The notes under the pieces were generated by a model that saw nothing but the letters and a program-made list of their open reading frames with translations, did not search any database and was not told the DNA's origin. Positions 1 to 10,388 of a stretch of 64,000 nt of DNA are shown here, piece after piece. Numbering within the stretch: position 1 is the stretch's first letter; the number at the start of each line of letters is the position of its first letter. Made by a program: the position numbers and the translations under genes. The stretch is from Candidatus Nomurabacteria bacterium. Lineage in GTDB: Bacteria > Patescibacteriota > Minisyncoccia > Phycocordibacterales > UBA9973. The stretch is taken from NCBI GenBank assembly GCA_052035195.1, contig JBPOHU010000009.1:34107-98106 (forward strand), written 5' to 3'.

Positions 1-57
1 GAAATATCGCGCATGCCTCTTGGGCTACTTAGTTCTTGTCCACTTTTCTTTTTTTCG

Positions 58-651
58 TTAGGTATTTTGTTCATAATTTATTTTTCCTGGTAGATAATCT
101 ATTTCTGATAGAGGTAATAGTCGTAGCAATGCTCGTCCTCGAAGATTGGCTTTTGGTAATGTACCCCAACTTCTAGAATCAAAACTTCCAGCTCTGTTGT
201 CTCCCATAACGAAGTATTGATCTTCTGGAACTTTCACAGTCATTTCATTTGCGCTTTTATGGGTAATAAACTCTTCTTTTAGAGTGAAGCCTTTTGGAAA
301 TTCATCGTTAGTTATAGTGATAGTAGAGCCTTTGATAGAAACAGTGTCTCCAGGCAATCCTATGACACGCTTAATAAAAAACTTTGTCGGTTCAGGAGGT
401 GCTCGAAATACAACAACATCTCCACGCTCTGGTTCGCTAAAACGATAAGTAACTTCATCAATCAAAAGGTAGTCTTTTGTCTTGAGTGTTGGGTCCATAG
501 ACTCACCGTTAACAACAAAAGGTCTAATAATAAACTGTTGAATAATCATAGCTAAGACTATCGCTGTTGCTATGTAGAGTACATTTTCCCCAAAGATTCT
601 CAAACGAGACTTCCCTTGAGACTGCATTTGTACTGCCTGGTTTTCTTCCAT
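58..651 (-). CDS. lepB: Signal peptidase I (LepB); start placed at internal Met (MEENQ...), upstream part of the 298-aa ORF judged non-coding
   Basis: Translation has N-terminal TM anchor, catalytic Ser region GESMDPTL and the C-terminal GDNRxxSxDSRxWG box typical of S26 signal peptidases. Confidence 0.85.
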   Translation of the reverse strand: MEENQAVQMQSQGKSRLRIFGENVLYIATAIVLAMIIQQFIIRPFVVNGESMDPTLKTKDYLLIDEVTYRFSEPERGDVVVFRAPPEPTKFFIKRVIGLPGDTVSIKGSTITITNDEFPKGFTLKEEFITHKSANEMTVKVPEDQYFVMGDNRAGSFDSRSWGTLPKANLRGRALLRLLPLSEIDYLPGKINYEQNT

Positions 652-724
652 ATAAGTGCCCCTAGTATAAGCTATAAAAGGGTGGGCGACAAGAAAGCAT
701 TTTTGTAGTTTAATATAAGGATAT

Positions 725-1288
725 ATGGCAATAATTATTGGCCTTGGAAACCCAACGAAAAAGCATGAAGGAGACAGGCATAATGCCGGTTTTATGACTC
801 TCGACAGTTTTGCACAAAATAAAGATTTGTCTTTTGAAAATAAAAATATTTTTGATGCTTTGGTTTGTGAAGATGGAGATCTCTTGCTTGCGAAACCACA
901 AACATATATGAATGACTCTGGTCTCTCTGCGCAAAAATTATTTAAGCAATACAAAGAAATGCCGGTAGTTGTTTATGATGATATCGATATAAATATTGGT
1001 GAAGTGAAATGTTCTTTTGGTCGTGGTGCCGGAGGACATAACGGCGTGCAGAGCATTATCGATCACTTGGGTACCAAAGATTTCTTTCGTGTGCGTATCG
1101 GAGTGCGACCAGTACATGAAGAACTCAAGAGTCATATCTTGCCACCGGACGGATTTCAAAACTTCCTCCTCAAACCTTTTGCTCCATTTGAAACAGAGCT
1201 CAAAGAGCAGGGGATCAAAAAAGCAGTTGCTATCATCGAAGCTCTCAAAACCAAAACCTTTACTGAAATAATGACAGAGTTTAACTAA
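725..1288 (+). CDS. pth: Peptidyl-tRNA hydrolase
   Basis: IIGLGNP...RHNAGF N-terminal signature of Pth, length 187 aa. Confidence 0.9.
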   Translation: MAIIIGLGNPTKKHEGDRHNAGFMTLDSFAQNKDLSFENKNIFDALVCEDGDLLLAKPQTYMNDSGLSAQKLFKQYKEMPVVVYDDIDINIGEVKCSFGRGAGGHNGVQSIIDHLGTKDFFRVRIGVRPVHEELKSHILPPDGFQNFLLKPFAPFETELKEQGIKKAVAIIEALKTKTFTEIMTEFN

Positions 1289-1293
1289 AAATT

Positions 1294-1842
1294 ATGTCTA
1301 TAAAAATAACTTATTTTGTACACGGAACGACAGTTGATAATGAGAAAGAAATTTCTTCAGGCTGGTCTGATGTTGAGCTTTCTGATTTAGGAATAAAACA
1401 ATCTATTGAGCTAAAAGAAAAAACAAAAGATATGTATTTTGATGTTGTCTTTTGCTCTGATTTGCAACGAGCTGTAAAATCAGCCGAACTTACTTGGGAA
1501 GGTATATATCCAATTATTGTAGATGAAAGATTGAGAGAGTGTAATTACGGATATCTTAATGGTGCATCTTCTGCTATCGTAGAGCCAATGCAAGAAGAAG
1601 AGTGTCTTGAGAAACCATTTCCAAATGGAGAAAGCTATGAAGATGTGAAAAAGCGTATTGCTGATTTTCTTGAATTTCTTAAAAATAACTATGACGGTAA
1701 ACATGTAGCTATAGTTGCTCACAAAGCGCCACAAATAGCACTCGATGTATTACTGAAAGGAAAGACATGGCATGAAGCTCTCGCCTCTGATTGGAGAAAG
1801 ACAAAGTCCTGGCAACCAGGGTGGGAGTATGAAGTAGTGTAA
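1294..1842 (+). CDS. Histidine phosphatase (phosphoglycerate mutase-like) family protein
   Basis: Size and N-terminal FVHGTT..N motif resembling the RHG catalytic core of the histidine phosphatase superfamily; weak. Confidence 0.45.
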   Translation: MSIKITYFVHGTTVDNEKEISSGWSDVELSDLGIKQSIELKEKTKDMYFDVVFCSDLQRAVKSAELTWEGIYPIIVDERLRECNYGYLNGASSAIVEPMQEEECLEKPFPNGESYEDVKKRIADFLEFLKNNYDGKHVAIVAHKAPQIALDVLLKGKTWHEALASDWRKTKSWQPGWEYEVV

Positions 1843-1959
1843 CGGTCATTTGCACTTATCCACAAGGTAAAGTAATATATCGACCTACCGCAAGGTATAA
1901 TTAAAATAAGAAAAACACCGCTGATCTGAAATTTCAAACGGTGTTTCTCTGATTGGCTT

Positions 1960-1995
1960 AAATCTCGTCTTTTGGCGAGATTTTTGCTTTTTGTT
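1960..1995 (+). terminator. Rho-independent terminator-like hairpin (aaatctcg/cgagattt) followed by T-rich tract
   Basis: 8-bp perfect stem, 8-nt loop, then ttgctttttgttt. Confidence 0.5.
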
Positions 1996-2499
1996 TCGAT
2001 GGTTCACTTAATGGTAATGGTGGTATATATTTCCCATTTGGGAGTTGGCACCACATAAAACCATTAGATGGATAACATCTAATAAATTTTGACATATGTT
2101 TTTTGCACCTGTCTATTTATTATTCTATTCTTTCGACAAAGAACGCTTTCATGCCAAGTGTCACATGCAGGGTGGAACTTTTTGTTTAGCCCCACTATCA
2201 AATTACTAATAATATTTTTTACTGAATAAACTGATAATGAGGAGAAACTAAACCTGTTACAATTTTATCATTATAATTCGATTTATAAGAAATAAACGGC
2301 TCCATTTTTTGTCTCTTAAAATAAAACTAAAAAATGTAAATATACTATGTCAAGAAAGCCTTATATTAAATGATTTTTTGGAATTCAAAAATCAGTTTTT
2401 AGCAGAAGCTAAGTAATTGATTACCTCAAAAACCACCTATTGTGGAAAAAAGCAACAAAAAAACCTCCCTGTTGAGCGGTTTTTTTGTTTCAAGATAGC

Positions 2500-3024
2500 T
2501 TATTCAACTTTCAAATCTTTTAAAATCTTATCTGCCATCTCTTTTGTACTCATTTCTCCTGAATCAAAAGTCTCTGTAGCAGGGTAAGTATTTTCTTCGT
2601 AAATCTTTGAAAGGATATCCATAGTTTCTTGGCTCATCATTGGTTTGTTTACTCTTTCTTGGCGTTCTGCAATACGCGCAGTACGCACGTCGGGATGAGC
2701 TTCTATTTTGTATACAAAGAAATCAGCATGATGACTATCTGCGATTTGTTTTAATTTCTCTACTTGCTCATTATTCATGCCCTGGTCAACAATGGTGCTA
2801 ATACCATTTTTTAGATATTCAGCGATCATTGCATCCGTAACGTTTCTACTTACTTCATTGTGTGATTCTATTTCTCGGAATTGAGATACATATCTTTTGA
2901 TGTGGTCTGTAGATACGTGGGCAGTATTTACCAAATCATTTTTTAGCATTTCTGCTAGAGTACTTTTCCCAGCTCCCGCAGACCCAAGAATTGCAACTAC
3001 AAAAGGTTTTTGTGTTTTATACAT
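2500..3024 (-). CDS. P-loop NTPase / small kinase-like ATPase (AAA_33 / zeta-toxin-like fold candidate)
   Basis: Walker A GSAGAGKST near N-terminus, 174 aa; no further family assignment possible by eye. Confidence 0.5.
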   Translation of the reverse strand: MYKTQKPFVVAILGSAGAGKSTLAEMLKNDLVNTAHVSTDHIKRYVSQFREIESHNEVSRNVTDAMIAEYLKNGISTIVDQGMNNEQVEKLKQIADSHHADFFVYKIEAHPDVRTARIAERQERVNKPMMSQETMDILSKIYEENTYPATETFDSGEMSTKEMADKILKDLKVE

Positions 3025-3087
3025 GAAGCTATTATATCCTACTCAATAAAAATACCCCTCATATCGAGGGGTATTTTTATTGAGAGC

Positions 3088-4191
3088 TTATTCAGCTTTC
3101 TTTGTTTCTTCTTCCTTTGGAAGATCTTCTAGTTTTTGTTCACCGAAGACAAGAGTCATACGCTGTTCTTTTGGTTCGAACAAAGTCACAGTAAATGGAT
3201 AATTCTTGCCGAGTTGAAGAGCTTCTTTTAGTTTTTCTTCACCACCGAAAGTAGAGTTGTGGACTAGTCCAGCTACACCTTCTCGGATAGATACTAGAGC
3301 ACCATGCTTGTTGTATTTGATAACAACACCTTTGATAACATCTCCTTTCTTGAGAGTCTTTTCAAAAGCTTTCCAAGGATTATCTTTAAGAGCTTTGATA
3401 GAGAGAGAAATCTTTCCGTCTTTGATATCGATAATCTTTGCTTTTACTTTGTCCTTGAGTTTGAACATACTTCGAGGATCTTCTACAAGACCCCAGTCTA
3501 GTTCACTGATGTGTACGAGACCTTCTAGTCCGTCTTCAATCTTTAGAAATACTCCGAAGTCTACTACTCCTGTTACTTCACAAGATAGTTCGTCTCCTAC
3601 AGAGTATTTGCTGATCACTTCTTGTCGTTCTTCTGGGTTACCATCTTTTTCAGAGAAGATGAGTTTGCCATCTTTTGGATTTGCACTGATCATAGTCACT
3701 GCAATCTTTGTACCTACAAGTTTCTTGAGTTCTTTCAAGATTTTATCCTTGTCAGAGTCTTCTACACGAGGGTAGTGCTCAGGCTTGAGCTGTGATGCTG
3801 GTAGGAAACCAGATACACCTTGCCAGTCGATGATAAGACCACCTTTGTTGGCATCCTTGATAAGCAGGTCAAATACTGTTTTGTCTTTGATAGCAAATTC
3901 TGCTTCGCTCCAAATGAGGGCTTGCTTTGCTTCTTTAAGAGAGAGCTCTACATATCCGTCATCGTTTTCTACATCTACAACTTTCGCTTTGATGATGTCT
4001 CCAACGTTTGTTTTCTTTATAAGATCACGAACGGCGATATATTCTCGTCCATAAATAATACCTGTACCATATGGTGCTAGGTTTATATAAACAGCAGCTT
4101 TGTCGACTGCTATCACCGGTCCTTCTACAAGCTCGTCGAGAGCTGGTCGAACCTTCACTACTTCTTCTGTTGTTTTTGTTGTTTCTTCCAT
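3088..4191 (-). CDS. rpsA: S1 RNA-binding domain protein, probable short-form ribosomal protein S1; start placed at MEETTK
   Basis: Several repeated S1/OB-fold-like segments (GxV..I..fGaFV-type), acidic/Lys-rich C-terminus; antisense Ser-rich ORFs inside are low complexity. Confidence 0.7.
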   Translation of the reverse strand: MEETTKTTEEVVKVRPALDELVEGPVIAVDKAAVYINLAPYGTGIIYGREYIAVRDLIKKTNVGDIIKAKVVDVENDDGYVELSLKEAKQALIWSEAEFAIKDKTVFDLLIKDANKGGLIIDWQGVSGFLPASQLKPEHYPRVEDSDKDKILKELKKLVGTKIAVTMISANPKDGKLIFSEKDGNPEERQEVISKYSVGDELSCEVTGVVDFGVFLKIEDGLEGLVHISELDWGLVEDPRSMFKLKDKVKAKIIDIKDGKISLSIKALKDNPWKAFEKTLKKGDVIKGVVIKYNKHGALVSIREGVAGLVHNSTFGGEEKLKEALQLGKNYPFTVTLFEPKEQRMTLVFGEQKLEDLPKEEETKKAE

Positions 4192-4464
4192 AAAAATATC
4201 CTCTTTCGCCAAGGCTTCAGCGGGACAAGAAAAATGCCACGCAAAAGGTGGCGGTTCCCAAATCAATGGGGCCACCTTTTGGAGTTCTCTATTTGTTTCT
4301 GCAATCAGACTGACAAATGGAGGGTTAAATCCAAAAGGTTAATTGTTAATCACTCTCTATCAAGAGTGGGGGAACTATACCATGAAATAAGGGTTTTATC
4401 TACTTGACTTTTACCTATAAATATGCTATTATATAGATAATAAATCATTATGATTTAAACGTAT

Positions 4465-4845
4465 ATGAGGGATCGTAAGTCCTTAATTCTTTCAAAAATA
4501 AATATTGTCGTTATGGCACTAACATTTTTACCGACTGGAACTATTCAGGTCACAAATGGCCCGGGAAAATTTGACTTCATGAACAGTAATTTTGATTTTA
4601 AACAAATTGAATTTACTTGTGTAGAAAATGGAAGACAATTTAAGTTAGAAGGTCGTATCACTTTCTCTGGTCCAGAGGATGGATCAAAGGAAAGGTGGGT
4701 TGGTATGGCTTCTTTTTCAAACCCAAACAAGTCTCCAGGGGAAAGATTCTCCCCTAGAGAAGAAAGATCTTTTTATTACGATAGTAAAAAGAGGGCAGGG
4801 GTAATAATTGAAGCAGGTAAGGTATGGAAGATATGTAATTCTTAA
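4465..4845 (+). CDS. Hypothetical protein
   Basis: 126-aa ORF followed directly by a strong terminator; no recognisable motif. Confidence 0.4.
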   Translation: MRDRKSLILSKINIVVMALTFLPTGTIQVTNGPGKFDFMNSNFDFKQIEFTCVENGRQFKLEGRITFSGPEDGSKERWVGMASFSNPNKSPGERFSPREERSFYYDSKKRAGVIIEAGKVWKICNS

Positions 4846-4858
4846 ATAATTACTTATG

Positions 4859-4888
4859 GCCGCTATGTAGCAATAGCGGCTTTTTTGT
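4859..4888 (+). terminator. Rho-independent terminator (gccgctat-gtagca-atagcggc + tttttt)
   Basis: Perfect 8-bp GC-rich stem followed by T6. Confidence 0.8.
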
Positions 4889-4915
4889 TTTCCTCATTTT
4901 TGCTATAGTAGAGCC

Positions 4916-5551
4916 ATGGTTATTACATATTTCGGAAAACAATACTGCAAGCTGGTTTTGGGGGACCTGACTATCGCTATCAATCCTCCTTCAAAAGAAT
5001 CAAAAGCAATGCCAAAGCCTCCACGCTTTGGAGCTGATATCGCTCTTATTACTACTCGTTATCCAGACTATAACGGATCAGAGACTGTTGCTCTAGGAGA
5101 CAAGGAACCTTTTGTTATAGACGGACCAGGAAGTTATGAGATCAAAGGTATTTTTATTACAGGAGCTAAAAGTGCTGTAACTATAGCAGGTAAAGAATAT
5201 ATCAATACTGTTTATGGTTTTGAGCTCGATGGTATCAAGGTAGCGGTTATGGGAGCTATTTCTGACGTTGCTACTTTGTCTCCAGAAGCCAAAGAAATAG
5301 CCGGAGCTTCTGACATGTTATTTATCCCTGTTGGAGGAGGAGAGGTATTTGATAGTGCCAAGGCTTATAAAGCAGCTACAAGTTTTAGTCCAAACGTAAT
5401 CATTCCTCTTGAAGCTGATGAAGACAGTCTCAAGAAGTTTTTGAAAGAAGGTGGACAAGAAAAGAATGAAATGGCAGACAAGGCTACTCTCAAGAGAAAA
5501 GATCTAGAAGGTAAAGAGAACTATATTATTCCTCTTATTCCTCAAGCTTAA
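4916..5551 (+). CDS. Metal-dependent hydrolase, MBL-fold/UPF0173-like
   Basis: ~210 aa with Gly-rich beta-lactamase-fold-like segments; by-eye similarity only. Confidence 0.4.
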   Translation: MVITYFGKQYCKLVLGDLTIAINPPSKESKAMPKPPRFGADIALITTRYPDYNGSETVALGDKEPFVIDGPGSYEIKGIFITGAKSAVTIAGKEYINTVYGFELDGIKVAVMGAISDVATLSPEAKEIAGASDMLFIPVGGGEVFDSAKAYKAATSFSPNVIIPLEADEDSLKKFLKEGGQEKNEMADKATLKRKDLEGKENYIIPLIPQA

Positions 5552-5559
5552 ATATTTTT

Positions 5560-5787
5560 ATGCAATTCCTCGAACAAAAACCAATACATGTTCGAAAAAA
5601 AATAGCACTTAGTATAACGGTTGGTATAGGAGCTGTTTTGGTTTTAGTGATGGCTTTCATATATTTGACAGGATCACAAGACAAAACTCGCTCTAGTGGG
5701 GAGTCAGCTTTCTTGCGTTTTTATGCAACGATTTTGGAGAATGCGCAATCATTTTTTACCCCTGAACGTGCTATAATAAAAGAATAA
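5560..5787 (+). CDS. Small membrane protein, hypothetical
   Basis: 75-aa ORF with one clear hydrophobic helix, sits directly upstream of gyrA. Confidence 0.35.
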   Translation: MQFLEQKPIHVRKKIALSITVGIGAVLVLVMAFIYLTGSQDKTRSSGESAFLRFYATILENAQSFFTPERAIIKE

Positions 5788-5811
5788 TACACTGATAAAC
5801 CTAGTATAAAC

Positions 5812-8280
5812 ATGGCGAAAAAAGCAGAAACCCAGGAAACAATCCCAGAAGAACACGACAAAATTTTGTCGGTTAATATCGTTACCGAAATGCAAAAGTC
5901 ATATATTGACTATGCGATGAGTGTTATCACTGATCGAGCTTTGCCTGATGTTCGTGATGGTCTTAAACCTGTGCACCGAAGAATCTTGTATTCTATGTAT
6001 GAGAGTGGTTTTACTTCAAGTGCCAAGTTCGTAAAAAGTGCGCGTATTGTCGGAGATGTGCTCGGTAAATATCACCCTCACGGAGACACTAGTGTTTATG
6101 ACGCGATGGTAAACCTAGCCCAAGAATTCTCTACTCGTTATCAACTAGTACAAGGTCAAGGTAACTTTGGTTCTATTGATGGAGATGGCGCAGCAGCGAT
6201 GCGTTATACCGAGGCTCGCATGAGTAAGATAGCTAGTGACTTGGTTCGCGATATTGAAAAAAACACAGTTGATTTTCGTCCCAACTATGACGCTACTCGC
6301 AAAGAGCCTAGTGTTTTCCCGACTGCTATACCTAGTCTTTTATTAAATGGAACTCTCGGTATTGCTGTTGGTATGGCAAGTAACATTGCTCCGCACAATC
6401 TCTCTGAGATAGTGGATGCGTGTTTGCATTTGATTGAAAACGATGATGCTACAAATGAAGACTTGGCAGAAATAGTGAAAGGTCCAGACTTCCCAACAGG
6501 CGGACTCGCATTTAACAAAGCAGATATCGTACACGCTCTCTCTACTGGTCGCGGTGGAGTAGTATGTCGTGGTGAATCAGAAATAGCTGAACAAAAAAAC
6601 GGCTCATACCAAATCACTATCACATCACTTCCATATCGAGTTATACGAAGCAACTTCGTAGAATCTATCGCTACACTAGTTCAAGAAAAGAAACTCGAAG
6701 GTATCAAAGGGCTTGAAGATCATTCAGCCAAAGACATGCGTGTTGTGGTCACTTTGAAAAACGGTGTTAACCCACAAAAGGTTCTCAACTATCTATATAA
6801 ACACACACAACTCCAACAAACATTTCACTACAATATGGTGGCCCTAGTAGATGGAGTACCCGAGACTCTTTCTTTGAAGTCTATATTGAATGCTTTTATC
6901 GGTCACAGAGAAGTTGTAGTTAGACGAAGAACAGAATTTGATTTACAAAAAGCCAAAGACCGTGAGCATATATTGCTTGGTTTGAAAAAAGCACTCGACC
7001 ATATCGATCGTGTTATTACCATAATCCGTGAATCAAAAGATGCAGCACTTGCGAAGGTGAACTTGATGAAAGAGTTTAAATTCTCTGACTTACAAGCAAC
7101 TGCTATTTTGGAAATGCGACTTCAGAAGTTGGCTGGCCTTGAGCGAAAAGCTGTAGAACTCGAACTCAAAGAAAAACAAGAACTCATTGCAGAACTCGAA
7201 GCATTGCTCAAGAGTGCCAAGAAAATCTTTGCTGTTATCGCCAAAGAATTGGAAGAAGTAAAAGAAAAGTATGGTGATGAACGCAAAACCAAAATCATGA
7301 ATGGTGGTACAAACATGATCTCTGATGAGGACCTAGTTCCAGAAAAGGAAACAGTACTAGTGTTTACTGCAGGAGGATATGTAAAGCGTACCGATCCAAG
7401 TGAATACAAAGTACAACGCCGAGGAGGTGTAGGAGTGGTAGATTTGGAAACAAAAGAAGAAGACTTTGTTACTCAACTTCTCACCACTGACACTCACAGC
7501 GACTTGCTATTTTTCACCAACAAAGGAAAAGCATACCAAATCAAGATGTACGAACTTCCAGAAGGAAAGCGTGCCACAAAAGGTAAAAGCATCATGAACT
7601 ACCTCTCTCTTGCAGGAGATGAAAATGTTACTTCTATATTAGCTGTTCCAAAATCAGCAAAAGCTGAAAAGGCTTCGCTCATGCTTGTAACCAAAAAAGG
7701 TGTTGCAAAGAAAATCTCATATGAAAGCTTCAAAGACGTGCGTCGTAGTGGAATCATTGCTATTCGTCTTGATGCTGGAGATGAACTAGAAGCAGTACTA
7801 AGAGTACATAAAGGTCAAAGTATTATATTAGCAACATCAGAAGGTCAGTCTATACGTTTTGATGAATCTGATATCCGAGAAATGGGTCGCACTGCTGGAG
7901 GAGTTAGAGCTATGAAGCTTGGTAAACACGACAAACTAATCTGTGCTGATGTCGTAGAAAATGATAAGACTACGGAAGAAAAAAACTATATGCTGGTTAT
8001 GGGAGAAAATGGTATTGGTAAAAAGACTCCTATATCAGAATACAAAGTACAAAAACGTGGTGGCTCAGGTATAAAAACTGCCAAGATAACAACTAAGACA
8101 GGTAAGTTAATGGTTGGGAAAATAGTACAAGACGATATGGAGCTTGTTGCTATGAGTAAGAAAGGTCAAGTAATCAGGGTAGATTTAAATACTATTCCAG
8201 TAAGTGGCCGCCAAACTCAAGGTGTGACTATCATGAAGCTACGAGCAGGGGATACGTTGGCTTCGGTGACGTGTCTATAG
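5812..8280 (+). CDS. gyrA: DNA gyrase subunit A
   Basis: [18 protein letters not shown] motif, active-site Tyr region, C-terminal beta-pinwheel repeats (QxRGGxG), 822 aa. Confidence 0.95.
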   Translation: MAKKAETQETIPEEHDKILSVNIVTEMQKSYIDYAMSVITDRALPDVRDGLKPVHRRILYSMYESGFTSSAKFVKSARIVGDVLGKYHPHGDTSVYDAMVNLAQEFSTRYQLVQGQGNFGSIDGDGAAAMRYTEARMSKIASDLVRDIEKNTVDFRPNYDATRKEPSVFPTAIPSLLLNGTLGIAVGMASNIAPHNLSEIVDACLHLIENDDATNEDLAEIVKGPDFPTGGLAFNKADIVHALSTGRGGVVCRGESEIAEQKNGSYQITITSLPYRVIRSNFVESIATLVQEKKLEGIKGLEDHSAKDMRVVVTLKNGVNPQKVLNYLYKHTQLQQTFHYNMVALVDGVPETLSLKSILNAFIGHREVVVRRRTEFDLQKAKDREHILLGLKKALDHIDRVITIIRESKDAALAKVNLMKEFKFSDLQATAILEMRLQKLAGLERKAVELELKEKQELIAELEALLKSAKKIFAVIAKELEEVKEKYGDERKTKIMNGGTNMISDEDLVPEKETVLVFTAGGYVKRTDPSEYKVQRRGGVGVVDLETKEEDFVTQLLTTDTHSDLLFFTNKGKAYQIKMYELPEGKRATKGKSIMNYLSLAGDENVTSILAVPKSAKAEKASLMLVTKKGVAKKISYESFKDVRRSGIIAIRLDAGDELEAVLRVHKGQSIILATSEGQSIRFDESDIREMGRTAGGVRAMKLGKHDKLICADVVENDKTTEEKNYMLVMGENGIGKKTPISEYKVQKRGGSGIKTAKITTKTGKLMVGKIVQDDMELVAMSKKGQVIRVDLNTIPVSGRQTQGVTIMKLRAGDTLASVTCL

Positions 8281-8290
8281 GGAGGCGCTC

Positions 8291-8374
8291 GGAGATAGCA
8301 ATATCACTTTTTTGCTGCGGAACTCGCTAATCGCTCAGACATATCCTCGCTGCTAAAGTGATATTACTATCTCC
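8291..8374. repeat. Large imperfect inverted repeat (20-bp arms ggagatagcaatatcacttt / aaagtgatattactatctcc, ~44-nt spacer) just downstream of gyrA
   Basis: Arms are reverse complements with one mismatch. Confidence 0.6.
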
Positions 8375-8524
8375 TCGCTTGGGAAGTTAGAGCAGAGTCC
8401 TCGTTGTGTAAATAATATATATCCTCCTTGCTTTTAAAACTAAATAATTAAAAATGTAGTTTTGTTTGCAACTTTACAAACTTTCTACTTTATAACTTTC
8501 TACTTACTGCTATACTATTAATAT

Positions 8525-9049
8525 ATGTTCATGAATCCTGCAGTTATGCTTTCGGCATGCAATCTACAAGTAACAGACTCTGTTGCTGATTTTGGTGCAG
8601 GGAGCGGATTCATGGCTCGCGCTATTGCGGGTATTGTTACTAGAGGAGATGTTTTTGCTATTGAAATAAACCGTGACTTAGTAGCACGTATTACTCACGA
8701 AGCAGAGGAAAACAAAATAACAAATCTGCATCCACTATGGGGAGATGTTGAGATACCAGGCGGATCAAAGCTTGGAGATGCAAGTGTTGATGTTGTAGTT
8801 TTTTCAAATATTTTATTTCAACTAGATGATAAGGCTGGAGCTTTGAGAGAAGCATATAGGGTGCTTAAAAATGGAGGGCATTTGTTAGTTGTTGATTGGC
8901 AAGAGTCTTTCAGTGGGCTTGGTCCAGCACCACAACATGTTTTCAATCAAAAGATGGCAGAAGATCTTTTAACTAATTTAGGCTTTACAAAATTATCAGA
9001 TAACTTGCCAGCCGGAGAGCATCACTATGCTATACTTTTTAAGAAATAA
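8525..9049 (+). CDS. Class I SAM-dependent methyltransferase
   Basis: Motif I VADFGAGSGFMA, acidic motif II region, 174 aa. Confidence 0.7.
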   Translation: MFMNPAVMLSACNLQVTDSVADFGAGSGFMARAIAGIVTRGDVFAIEINRDLVARITHEAEENKITNLHPLWGDVEIPGGSKLGDASVDVVVFSNILFQLDDKAGALREAYRVLKNGGHLLVVDWQESFSGLGPAPQHVFNQKMAEDLLTNLGFTKLSDNLPAGEHHYAILFKK

Positions 9050-9077
9050 TCCGCCAACTGGCGGACAAAAATAAAAA

Positions 9078-10388
9078 ATGAAATCTTCATTTCAAACAAT
9101 TTTAATAGGATTATTTATTGCATCTTTTATTGGTGCTATTCTTATTTTTGCTGGTGTTATAAAAATAGGTGGATCATCTTCTTCTACCGCTGTCTCTGGT
9201 AATGTTCGAGTGTGGGGTATTTATTCTCAAGATATTATTCAGCCATATATAGAGCAACTAAATATTCAAAACAGAACAATAATCACTTCTTATCTACAGA
9301 AAAATCCAGAAACCCTAAGAACAGAAATGATTGAAGCTTTAGCAAATGGTACCGCACCAGACTTGGTGATTGCGGGATCTGGAGAGCTTTTCTCTTTTAG
9401 AGACAAGCTCTATACCATACCCTTTGCTACTTATAACGAAAGACTTTTCCGAGATTCTTTTGTTGATGGTGCTTCTATTTTCTTGACGAAAGAGGGTGTT
9501 TTAGCTTCTCCACTTTTAGTAGATCCTTTAGTTGTTTATTACAACAAAGATCTTTTGGCAGGGCAAAGATATGTAACACCTCCAAATACTTGGACAGACC
9601 TTGTGAAATCACTACCTTTGTTTTTGAAGAAAGATTCTCGTGGTGTCATCACTCAGACTTCTATTGCACTTGGAGAGTCTTCAAACATACCTCATTTCAA
9701 AGACATTCTTTCTGCTTTGTTTTTGCAAACTGGTAATCCTATAGTTTCTATAAATAACCAAACAGGCCTATATGAACAAAGACTAACGACTTCTTATTCA
9801 GAAAACGCAGACCAGATGCCCGTTTCTACTGCGCTTGATTTTTATACAAGCTTTGCCAATCAAGCAAACTCTTTATTCTCTTGGTCTAGGACACTACCTT
9901 CATCTCTCGATATGTTCCTATCTGGTAAAAGCGCTTTTTATATAGGGAAAGCTAGCGAGCTATTTACTATCCAATCCCAAAATCCAAACCTTAACTTTGA
10001 TGTAACAACAATGTTCCAAAACGATGGCGCTACACGACCTCTAACTTTTGGGGACTTCAGTGGTGTGGGTATAGTCAAATCAAGTCCTAACTTTACTGCT
10101 TCATATAATATTGTCGGAGCTCTCACAAGCAAAGAATTCATTCAGTATTTATCTAGCTCAGTATCTGTGCCTTCAGCTCGAAGAGACTTGCTTTTAGAAG
10201 CTCAACAAAGTCCTTATGTTCAAGTATTTTTCCAAGCAGTATTATCAGCTTTCGGTTGGCCTGATATCAGTTCTTCAGCTACAGATACTATCTTTCGTGA
10301 TATGATAAGAAATGTTAATAGTGGTGCCTTTAATCCAACACAAGCAATATATGAAGCGTCTCGCGATTTACAGTCTATTGTTCGTTAG
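9078..10388 (+). CDS. Membrane-anchored extracellular solute-binding-like protein (SBP family 1-like)
   Basis: N-terminal signal anchor; segment LVDPLVVYYNKDLLAG...PPNTWTDLV resembles the conserved core of sugar-type ABC substrate-binding proteins; no permease adjacent. Confidence 0.45.
   Translation: MKSSFQTILIGLFIASFIGAILIFAGVIKIGGSSSSTAVSGNVRVWGIYSQDIIQPYIEQLNIQNRTIITSYLQKNPETLRTEMIEALANGTAPDLVIAGSGELFSFRDKLYTIPFATYNERLFRDSFVDGASIFLTKEGVLASPLLVDPLVVYYNKDLLAGQRYVTPPNTWTDLVKSLPLFLKKDSRGVITQTSIALGESSNIPHFKDILSALFLQTGNPIVSINNQTGLYEQRLTTSYSENADQMPVSTALDFYTSFANQANSLFSWSRTLPSSLDMFLSGKSAFYIGKASELFTIQSQNPNLNFDVTTMFQNDGATRPLTFGDFSGVGIVKSSPNFTASYNIVGALTSKEFIQYLSSSVSVPSARRDLLLEAQQSPYVQVFFQAVLSAFGWPDISSSATDTIFRDMIRNVNSGAFNPTQAIYEASRDLQSIVR

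Noticed and set aside
2500-3024. Zeta-toxin-type kinase toxin call for the 174-aa P-loop protein
   Set aside because: Only a Walker A motif is recognisable. No epsilon-antitoxin-like small gene is adjacent and the length is short for zeta toxins. Kept as a generic P-loop kinase-like ATPase.
3257-4342. Ser/Thr/Pro-rich antisense ORFs opposite the S1 gene (for example 3257-3775, 4100-4342)
   Set aside because: Low-complexity translations of the complement of a Glu/Lys-rich gene; no start context. Typical shadow ORFs.
6285-7409. Antisense ORFs inside gyrA (6285-6653, 7122-7409) and inside clpB (22523-23149, 23542-23829)
   Set aside because: Fully embedded in well-supported long genes on the other strand, with low-complexity composition.
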